From the NCBI RefSeq assembly GCF_004010195.1, contig NC_057717.1, positions 105,117,444 through 105,137,443 on the forward strand: 20,000 nucleotides of DNA. The letters run 5' to 3'. A model generated the notes under the pieces. The model saw nothing but the letters and a program-made list of their open reading frames with translations. It was not told where the DNA came from and searched no databases. A program made the translations under genes and the position numbers. Of the stretch, positions 11,162 through 20,000 are shown one piece after another. Numbering within the stretch: position 1 is the stretch's first letter; every line of letters starts with the position of its first letter. The DNA comes from Chiloscyllium plagiosum (lineage: Eukaryota).

Positions 11162-11177
11162 GAGAGAGAGAGAGAGA
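11162..11177 (+). repeat. (GA)n microsatellite in CR1 5' UTR
   Basis: gagagagagagagaga. Confidence 0.8.
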
Positions 11178-11523
11178 AGAAACAAACAAACTGACACAGC
11201 AGTGAACTTGCACAGTTACTGTCTTTGCTGTATTGCTGGGTATCGGAGTGCATGTGGGAAAACTAACAAACAGTGAAATTCACAACTAATCTTGGAGGAG
11301 CCTGTTTGGGAGAGGTCATAACACAGAAACAGATAAGTGGATATTTTAAGCGTGGCCTTACATTAAGTCTGCAGGATTGAGGAGAGTGGGTTATTTCTTG
11401 ATTATTTGTTTTATTGAGATATGTCTCTTGATTAAACTTAAAATATAAGCCATAACTATTAATTTATCCTGGAGAAATAAGACAGTGCTATTTTCTGGGT
11501 CTGTAGATTGTGAAGGAGCAAAA

Positions 11524-12455
11524 ATGGCCTTTAGTAGAGTGATATGCTCTTCTTGACGGATGTGGGAGCTTAGGGAGGGTTTACGTGTTACTGAGGATTA
11601 TATCTCCAATAAATGCCGTTGGTTGCAAATCCTATCAGATCGAATGGATCAGCTGGAGAGACAGAGGTAATGAGGAATTTACAAGAGCAAGGGGATGTGA
11701 TGGGTGGCAGTTATAGGAAGGGGGAAAAAGTCGCAGACACAGTCACATAGATGGGTTAACTCCAGGAAAGCTAAGAGAGGTAGGCAGTTAGAGCAGGAGT
11801 CTTCTGTGGCTATCTCTATTTCAAACAAGTATGCTGTTTTGGAAAATGTAGGGGGTGATGGATTCTCAAGGGAACATAGCATAAACAGCCAAGTTTCTGA
11901 TATTGAGATCGGCTCTAATGCAATGAGGGGTACGTCGGGTTGCAAGAGATAGATTTTGTTAGGGGACTCTCTAGTCCAAGGTACAGACAGACGTTTTTGT
12001 GGCCAGCAGCAGAAAATCAGAATGGTATGTTGCTTCCCTGGTGCCAGGATCAAAATGTCTCAGAGAGGGTGCAGAATGTTCTCAAGGGGGAGAGGGGCCA
12101 ACAGGAGGTCATTGTACACATTGGAACCAACAACATAGGAAGGAAAAAGGTTGAGATTCTGAAGGGAGATTACAGAGAGTTAGGCAGGAATTTTAAAAGG
12201 AGGTCCTCAACAATAGTAATTTCTGGATTACTCTCGGTGCTATGAGCTAGTGAGGGCAGGAATACGAGGATAGAGCTGATGAATGCATGACTGAGGAGCT
12301 GGTGTATGGGAGAAGGATTTACATTTTTGGATCATTGAAAGCTCTTTTGGGGTAGAAGTGACCTGTACGAGAAGGACGGATTGCATCTAATTTGGAAAGG
12401 GACTAATATACTAGCGGGGAGATTTGCTAGAACTGCTCAGGAGGATTTCAACTAG
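11524..12455 (+). pseudogene. CR1 ORF1 (zinc-finger plus SGNH/GDSL esterase-like), inactivated
   Basis: MAFSRVICSS*RMWE…, ISISNKYAVL, LGDSLVQGTDRRFC, VCCFPGARI, VIVHIGTNNIG, VISGLL, DGLHL, ending AGRFARTAQEDFN*. Multiple stops and frameshifts. Confidence 0.88.
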
Positions 12456-12493
12456 TAAGGTGGTGGGGAGGGGAGGGGGGGGAAGCGGGTGGG
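12446..12493 (+). promoter_or_regulatory. Candidate -1 frameshift signal: T TTC AAC (degenerate) plus G-quadruplex motif (element B)
   Basis: gaT TTC AAC tag at the ORF1 end, followed by GGGGaGGGGaGGGGGGGGaagcGGGtGGG at 12465-12493. The -1 frame continues into the endonuclease. Confidence 0.45.
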
Positions 12494-13911
12494 ACCCAGG
12501 GAGATACTGAGGAAAGAGATCAATCTAAGACTGGTTAAGCTGAGAACAGAAGCAAGTCGAACAGTCAGGGACAAAGCAGAGAACAAGGTAGGACTGATAA
12601 ATTAAACTGTATTTATTTCAATGCAAGGGGCCCAACAGGGAAGGCAGATGAACTCAGGGCATGGTTAGGAACATGGGACTGGGATATCATAGCAATTACA
12701 GAAATGTGCCTCAAGGATGGACAGGACTGGCAGCTTAATGTTCCAGGATACAAATGCTACAGGAAGGATAGAAAGGGAGGCAAGACAGGAGAAGGAGTGG
12801 TGTTTTTGATAAGGGATAGCATTACAGCTGTGTTGAGGGAGGATATTCCTGGAAATACATCCAGGGAAGTTATTTGGGTGGAACTGAGAAATAAAAAAGG
12901 GATGATCACCTTATTGGGATTGTATTATAGACCCCCTAATAGTCAGAGGGAAATTGGAGAAAGGCCAATTTCGACGGTATTAGGCAAGAACTTTCAAAAG
13001 CTAATGGGGGTAGATGTTCACAGGTAAAGGGATGGCTGGAAAATGGGAAGCCTTCAGAAATGAGATAACAAGAATCCAGAGAAAGTATATTCCTGTCAGG
13101 GTGAAAGGGAAGGCTGGTAGGTTTAGGGAATGCTGGATGACTAAAGAAATTGAGGGTTTGGTTAAGAAAAGGAAGGAAGCGTATGTCAGGTATAGACAGG
13201 ATCGATTGAGTAAATACTTAGAAGAGTATTAAGGCAGTCGGGGTACAATTAAGAGGGAAATCAGGAGGGAAAAAGGGGAGATGAGATAGCTTTGGCAAAT
13301 AGTGTTAAGGAGAATCCAAAAGATTTTTACAAATACATGAAGGACAAAAGGGTAACTAGGGAGAGAATAGGGCCCCTCAAAGATCAGCAAGGCGACCTTT
13401 GTGTGGAGCCACAGGAAATAGGGAGATACTAAACGAGTATTTTGCATCAGTATTTACTGTGGAAAAGGACATGGAAGATATAGAAGATATAGAATGTAGG
13501 GAAATAGATGATGACATCTTGAAAAAAAAAGTCCATATTACGAAGGAGGAAGTGCTGGATGTCTTTAAACGCATAAAAGTGGATAAATCTCCAGGACTTG
13601 ATCAGGTGTACCCTAGAAATCTGTGGGAAGCGAGGGAAGTGATTGCTGGGCTCCTTGCTGAGATATTTGTATCATCAATAGTCACAGGTGAGGTTGGCTA
13701 ATGTGGTGCTACTGTTTAAGAAAGGTGGTAAGGACAAGCTAGGGAATTATAGACCAGTGAGCCTGACGACAGTGGTGGGCAAGTTGTTGGAGGGAATCCT
13801 GAGGGACAGGATGTACACGTATTTGAAAAGGCAAGGGCTGACTAGGGATAGTCAACACGGCTTTGTGCATGGGAAATCATGTCTCACAAACTTGATTGAG
13901 TTTTTTGAAGA

Positions 13912-14228
13912 GGTAGCACGGTGGCTCAGTGGTTAGCACTGCTGCCTCACAGCACCAGGGACCAGGTTCGATTCCAGCTTCAGGTGACTGCCTGTATGAG
14001 GTTTGCACATTCTCAGTGTTAACGTGGGTTTCCTCCGGGTACTCCGGTTTCCTCCCACAGTCCAAAGATGTGCAGGTTAGGTGAATTGGCCACGCTAAAT
14101 TGCCCATAGTCTTAAGTGCATTAGTCAGAGAAAAATGGGTCTGGGTGGGTTTTCCTTCGGAGGGTTGGTGTGGGCTTTTTGGGCCAAAGGGTCTGTTTCC
14201 ACACTGTAGGGAATCTAATCTAAAAAAA
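13912..14228 (+). mobile_element. tRNA-derived SINE (HE1-like) inserted in CR1 RT
   Basis: Pol III A box tggctcagtgg (13922-13932) and B box ggttcgattcc (13965-13975); central gggtttcctccgggtactccggtttcctcccaca domain; CR1-like 3' tail ending aatctaatctaaaa. Splits RT at FFEE|VTKR. Confidence 0.92.
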
Positions 14229-15242
14229 AGTAACAAAGAGGACTGATGAGGGCAGACCGGTGGACGTGATCTATATGGACTTCAGTAAGATGTTCGACAA
14301 AGTTCCCCTTGGGAGACTGGTTAGCAAGGTTACATCTCATGGAATACAGGGAGAACTAGCCATTTGGATACAGAACTGGCTCAAAGGTAGAAGACAGAGG
14401 GTGGTGGTGGAGGGTTGTTTTTCAGACTGGAGGCCTGTGACCAGTGGAGTGCCACAACAATCGGTGCTGGGTCCACTTCTTTTCATCATTTATATAAATG
14501 ATTTGGATGCGAGCATAAGAGGTACAGTTAGTAAGTTTGCAGTTGACACCAAAATTGGAGGTGTAGTGGACAGCGAAGAAGGTTACCTCAGATTACAACA
14601 GGATCTTCATCAGATGAGCCAATGGACTGAGAAGTGGCAGATGGAGTTTAATTCAGATAAATGTGAGGTGCTGCATTTTGGGAAAGCAAATCTTAGCAGG
14701 ACTTATACACTTAATGGTAAGGTCCTAGGGAGTGTTGCTGAATAAAGAGAATTTGGAGTGCAGGTTTGTAGCTCCTTGGAGTCGCAGATTGATAGGATAG
14801 TGAAGAAGGTGTTTGGTATGATTTCCTTTATTGGTCAGAGTATTGAGTGTAGGAGGTTGGAGGTCATGTTCTGGCTATACAGGACATTGGTTAGGCCACT
14901 GTTGGAATATTGCGTGCAATTCTGGTCTCCTTCCTATTGGAAAGATGTTGTGAAACTTGAAAGGGTTCAGAAAAGATTTACAAAGACGTTGCCAGAGCTG
15001 GAGGATTTGAGCTATAGGGAGAGGCTGAACAGGCTGGGGCTGTTTTCCCTGCCAGAGGAAGTGGTGGAGGCTAGTACAATTGCAACATTTAAAAGGCATC
15101 TGGATGTGTATATGAATAGGAAGGGTTTGGAAGGATATGGGCCAGGTGCTGGCAGTTGGGACTAGATGGGTTGGGATATCTGGTCAGCATGGACATGTTG
15201 GACCAAAAGATCTATTTCCGTGCTGTACATCTCTATGACTCT

Positions 15243-17188
15243 TATGTACAGGCCTCCAAATAGTAGTCAGGAGCTGGGGTGAAGTATACACCAGGAAATA
15301 GAAAAGATGTGTAGGAAAGGCAAAGTTACAGTGATCATGGGAGATTTCAACACGCAGGTGGACTGGGAAAATCAGATTGGTTGTGGATTGCACGAAAAGG
15401 AATTTGTGGGATGTCTACAAGATGGCTTTTTGGAGCAGATTGTGGTGGAGCCCACTAGGGAACAGGCAATTCTGGATTTAGGATTGTGCAATGAGGCAGA
15501 CTTGATAAGGGAGCTTAAGGTGAAGGAAGCCTTAGGAGTAAGTGATCATAATATATTGAATTTAGTCTGCAATTTGAGGGGGAAACAGATAGCATCAGAG
15601 GTAACAGTATTACAGCTGAATAAAGGCAACTACAAGGGCATGACGGAGGAGCTGGGTAGAATTGATTGGGAGGGGACTCTAACAGGAAAGACAGTTGAAT
15701 AGCAATGGCAAGAGATTCTGGGAGTAATTCAGGAGACACAGCAGATTCATGCTGAGAAAAAAGCATGGTACAGAAAGGATAAGGCAAACATGGCTGACTA
15801 GGGCAGTCAGGGGTAACATGAAAGCAAAAGAGAAAGTATATAATGTGACAAAGAGCAATGGGTAACCAGAGGATTGGGAAGTTTACAAAGACCAACAGAG
15901 GGCAACAAAAAAAAAGAAAGGATTGAATGAGAGGGTAAGCTGGCCAGTAATATAAAGGAAGACTGTCAGAGTTTCTTTGGATATATAACGGGCAAAAGAA
16001 AGGCAAAAGTGGACATTGGGCTGCTGGAAAATGATGCTAGAGAGATAGTAATGGGGAACACGTGAATAGCTGAGGAACTGAATAATTACTTTGCATCAAT
16101 CTTCACAATGGAAGACACGAGTAATATCCCAAAAATTCAAGAGACTGAGGGGGCCATCACCAAGAAGAAGGTGCGAGAAAAACTGAATGGCCTGTAAGTG
16201 GATAAAACATCTGGATCAGATGGACTACACCTCAGAGTTCTAAGGGAGATAGTGAAGGCGTTAGTGGTGATCTTTAAGGAATCACTAGAACCAGAGAGGG
16301 TCCCAGACGGACTGGAAAATCGCTAACCTGATACCCCTGTTTAAAAAGGGAGTACGGCAAAAGATGGAAAATAACAGACCAATTAGCCTATACTCAGTAA
16401 TAGGTAAGATCCTGGAATCCAACTTGATGGATGAGATTTCTGAATACTTGGAAGTGTATGCTAAATAGGGCAACGTCAGCACAGTTTCATCAAGGGGAGT
16501 GTATGCCTGACGAATCTGCTAGAGTTATTTGAGGAAGTAATGAGTAGGTTAGACCATGGAAGGCTGACTATAAAAGTAGAAATGTACTTTTGAGGCTCTA
16601 CAACGCTCTAGTCAGACCACATTTGGATTACTGTATACACTTCTGAATGCCATATCACAGGAAGGATGTACTGGCCCTGGAGCAGGTCCAGAGGAGGTTC
16701 ATGAGAATGGACCCAGGAATGAAAAACTTAACATATGAGAAACATTTGAGGACTCTGGATCTATACTCAATAGAGCTTAGAAGGATGGGAAGGGGTTCCA
16801 GTCAAAACATACAGAATACTGAATGGCCTGGACAGAGTAGACATTGGGACGATGTTTCCATTGGTAGGAAACACTAGGACCCGAGATCTCAACCTGAGAA
16901 TAAAAGGGAAGACCTTTTAGAATGGAGATAAGGAGAAACTTCCTCAGCCAAGGAGTAGTTAATCTGTGGAATTTATTACTAAGCAAGACATTTATTGCTG
17001 GCTGTGGAAGAAAGGTCATTGAGTATATTTAAGACTGAGGTAGACAAGTTCTTAAGTACCAAGGGGACCAAGATTATGGGGAGAAAGCAGGAGAATGAGT
17101 TTGAGAACCTTATCAGCCATGTTTGAATGGTAGAGCAGACTCAATGGGCTGACAGGCCTATTTTCTGTTCCTGTGTCTTATGGTCTTA
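15243..17188 (+). mobile_element. CR1 element A, right part (rest of EN, partial RT, 3' end)
   Basis: Resumes at MYRPPNSSQE…IMGDFN…PTREQAILDL…SDHN, then the RT start. Jumps at about 16560 to DYKSRNVLLRLYNALVRPHL and ends in a tcttatggtctta tail. Confidence 0.88.
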
Positions 17189-17457
17189 CTCCAAATTTAA
17201 ATACTGTGAAATTGAGGAAATTAGCTCTTTCCTTCACTGTTGTGACTTTATATTTAGTAGAGTTGATAATTATTGAGGATATTGATTATTCTAATTCTGC
17301 TTCTGTGAAAGTCCAAATATCACCTATATCGACACAAATTAATACAGCAAGACCTGATAAATGAGGTGGTGAGAATCAAAAAGTAGCCTCTGAAAAGATC
17401 TAAAGAAACCCTGGAGAAAGAAACATTATTTTGACACCTGCTGACATCTACACCAAT

Positions 17458-17961
17458 ATAGAGTCATAGAGTCCTACAGTATGGAGATAGGCTTTTTGGC
17501 CCAAACTGGTCCATGCCCAACCAAAATGTCCATCCAGGCTAACTCCATTTCCCTGCATTGGCCCATATCCTTCTAAATGCTTCCCATCCATGTATTTGTC
17601 CAAATGCCTTTTAAATATTGCCAATGTACCCATCTCAACCACTTCTGCTGGCAGCTCATTCCCCCCATTTGCTTATCACCATCTGTAAAAAATAGTTGCC
17701 CCTCAGGTTTCCTTTTATTTTCCCTCTAACCTTAAACTGATACCTTCTAGTCCTCAATTCCCCAACCCTGGGAAAAAAGACTGAGTGCGTTCACCCAATC
17801 CATGCCTTTCATTATTTTATATACTTTTATAAGATCCCCCCTCAGTGTCCAAGCTCTAAAGAAAAAAGTCTTAGCTTGTCCAAACTCTCCCTATAACTCA
17901 GACCATTGAGTTCTGGCAAAATCCTTGTAAATTTCTTCTGCATGCTTTCCAGTTTAATAAC
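17458..17961 (-). mobile_element. CR1 3' fragment, minus strand
   Basis: Begins with the reverse tail atagagtcatagagtc. Minus strand encodes FKRHLDKYMDGKHLEGYGP. Confidence 0.9.
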
Positions 17962-18354
17962 AGCCAAAACTAAAGTTACAATGCAATAAATCTTAATCTA
18001 GCTCAAGACCATTGTGTCTGTTAGTTATAGCTTCATGCATCCTGAAATTACACGTAAAATTGCATGACAATTATTTGGTGTCTCTGACATTTGCCTAAAA
18101 TAATTTAAAACACATGTATGCAAAATATTTAGTACAGTCGGTTATGTAGCACTAACCATGTAATTCCAATATTTTCTGGTTTTATATTTAGATCTCCAGC
18201 ACTGTTTGTATTTATTTTTAAATGATTACTTGGTATTAAAAAAATCAGGTATTGCTGAAAAAAAAAGTGCTTTTTGCCTTACACCAATAGGACAGACACA
18301 AGAGAATACACTTCTAAATGGACAATACTTAGCAACATTTCAACAAGTTGAATA

Positions 18355-18597
18355 AGTGGGCAAATACATGGCAGATGAAGTGTAATGTGGGTAAATGTGA
18401 GGTTATCATGGCGAGAGGTTTTGAGCACAGGAGCAGGGATGTCTTGCTGCACTCGTAGAGAGCCTTGGTGAGACCACCTGGAGAGGGCTGTCCAGTTTTG
18501 GTCTCTTTATCGGAGGAAAGATTTTCTGGCTATTAAGTGAGTACAACAAAGGGTTGTACTCACTTGTACACACTGATTCCTGGAATGGCAGAACTTC
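18355..18597 (+). mobile_element. CR1 element D, left part
   Basis: WANTWQMKCNVGKCEV, then RGFEHRSRDVLL…ALVRPP…LIPGMAEL (internally deleted). Confidence 0.75.
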
Positions 18598-18604
18598 TGT
18601 ACAA

Positions 18605-19364
18605 AGATCCATTAGGAAAGGCAAATCAGGGCTTATCCACTTAACAGTAAGGTCCTGGGGAGTGCTGCAGAACAAAGAACTTGGAGTGCATGTTCATAGT
18701 TCCTTGAAAGTGGAATCACAGATAGACAAGATAATGAAGGCGGTGTTTGGTATGCTTGCCTTTATTGGTCAGTGCACTGAGTATGGGAGTTAGGAGATCA
18801 TGTTGCGGCTGTACAGGACATTGGTTAGGCCACTTTTGGAATACTGTGTGCAATTCTGGTCACCCTGCTATAGAAAGGATATTGTGAAATGTGAAAGAGC
18901 ACAGAAAACATTTACAAGGATATTGAAGGGTTTGAGCTATAGGGACAGGCTGAATAGGCTGGGGCTATTTTCCCTGGAGCTTTGGAGGCTGAGGAATGAT
19001 CTTATAGACACTTATAAAATCATGAGGGGCACAGATAAGGTGAATAGACAAGAATTTTTCCCCAGAGTGTAGTCCAAAACTAGAAGGTATAGGTTTACAG
19101 TAAGAGGAGAAAGGTATAAATAGGACCTAAGGGGCAACATTTTCACGCAAAGGGTGGTATGGATATCATGGCCAGAGGAAGTGGTGGAGGCTGGTACAAT
19201 TACAGCATTTAAAAGGCATCTGGATGAGTATATGAACAGGAAGAGTTTAGAGGGATATGGGCCAAATGCTAGCAAATGGGACTAGATTAATTTAGGACAT
19301 CAGCTCTGCATGAACGAATTGGACTAAAAGAACTGTTTCCATACAGTACAGCTCTATGACTCTA
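18605..19364 (+). mobile_element. CR1 element E (B-like family) 3' fragment inserted in D
   Basis: LGVHVHSSLKVESQIDK…LYRTLVRPLLEYCVQFWSPCYRKD…, ending in a gctctatgactcta tail. Highly similar by eye to 14680-15242. Confidence 0.9.
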
Positions 19365-19772
19365 TTCACTGAAGTTTAGAAGAAGAAGGGAAATCTTATA
19401 GAAACCTATAAAATTCTAACAGGACTAAACTGGGTAAACACAGAAAACATGTTCCCAATGACTACCGAGACCAGAACCAGGGCTCACAGTCGATGGATAT
19501 AGATTAGGCTATTTAGGATATGAAGAGAAATGTTTTAACCAGTGTGGTGAGCTTGTGGAACTTCTGCCACAGAAAGCAGTTGAGGGAAAAACATTGAATA
19601 TTATCAAGAAGGCGATAGATATAGTTCTTAGGGCCAAAAGGATCAAAGGGTATGTGGCAAAAGCAGGAACAGAGTATTGAGTAAAATGATCAGCCATGAT
19701 CCAACTGAATGGCGGAGCCGGCTTGAAGGACTGAATGCCTAATCCCATGCCTATTTTCTATGTCTGTATGTT
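19362..19772 (+). mobile_element. CR1 element D, right part with 3' end
   Basis: YSLKFRR…LIETYKILTGL continues D and ends cctattttctatgtctgtatgtt. Confidence 0.8.
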
Positions 19773-19788
19773 TAAAGGGAACAATACT

Positions 19789-20000
19789 TAGACCATATGA
19801 CCATAAGACATAGGAGCGGAAGTAAGGCCATTCGGCCCATCGAGTCCACTCCGCCATTCAATCATGGCTGATGGGCATTTCAACTCCACTTACCCGCATT
19901 CTCCCCGTAGACCTTAATTCCTTGTGACATCAAGAATTTATCAATTTCTGCCTTGAAGACATTTAGCGTCCCAGCCTCCACTGCACTCTGTGGCAATGAA
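19789..20000 (-). mobile_element. CR1 3' end, minus strand, relatively young; continues beyond window
   Basis: Reverse tail gaccatatgaccataagacatagg, 3' UTR hairpin aggccattcggccc, and many retained CpGs. Confidence 0.88.

Larger units (their letters stand above)
12446..15165 (+). pseudogene. CR1 ORF2 (APE endonuclease plus reverse transcriptase), inactivated
   Basis: LNCIYFNARG, YYRPPNS, KSPGLDQVYPR, NYRPVSLT, QHGFVHGKSCLTNL, YMDFSKMFDKV, SGVPQQSVLGPLLF, YINDL, KFAVDTK (FADD mutated), LVRPLLEYCVQFWSP. Frameshifts, deletions and a SINE insertion. Confidence 0.93.
10935..15242 (+). mobile_element. CR1 element B, near full-length CR1/HER1-type LINE (decayed)
   Basis: About 590-bp 5' UTR, ORF1, ORF2 (EN plus RT), and a 3' UTR ending in the ctctatgactct tail. 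Carries two internal deletions and a SINE insertion. Confidence 0.93.

Noticed and set aside
13912..13985. tRNA gene
   Set aside because: A and B boxes are present, but the sequence continues into a SINE body and LINE-like tail and interrupts an RT ORF; it is a SINE head.
12704..15165. Active retrotransposon or domesticated RT gene
   Set aside because: Frameshifts, stops, FADD changed to FAVD, deletions and a SINE insertion.
13229..16482. Minus-strand ORFs antisense to CR1 (e.g. 15515-16006)
   Set aside because: By-products of the purine-rich LINE coding strand; no independent coding signal.

Overview
AT-rich vertebrate genomic DNA, very probably from a shark (inferred from an HE1-type tRNA-derived SINE and CR1/HER1-type LINEs). 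No intact multi-hundred-codon gene is present. Roughly half the window is retroelement-derived. A near full-length, decayed CR1 LINE (about 10935-15242; zinc-finger/SGNH-esterase ORF1, endonuclease-RT ORF2) carries a SINE and is itself nested in the endonuclease region of another CR1 (about 10342-17188). There are also several CR1 3' fragments, a solo LTR at the left edge, and a small Penelope-type fold-back insertion with a hammerhead-ribozyme core flanked by an 18-bp duplication. Three small phase-compatible minus-strand exon candidates (4649-4695, 3495-3522, 950-965) may encode the C-terminus of an unidentified host gene, which would make most of the window intronic. The most interesting signal: in both CR1 elements ORF1 ends on an in-frame slippery-type heptamer (T TTA AAC / T TTC AAC) followed by a G-quadruplex-capable tract, and ORF2 lies in the -1 frame (with no AUG before the endonuclease in the full-length copy). 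This suggests -1 programmed ribosomal frameshifting. Repeat family names come from motif recognition, not database searches, and boundaries are approximate.
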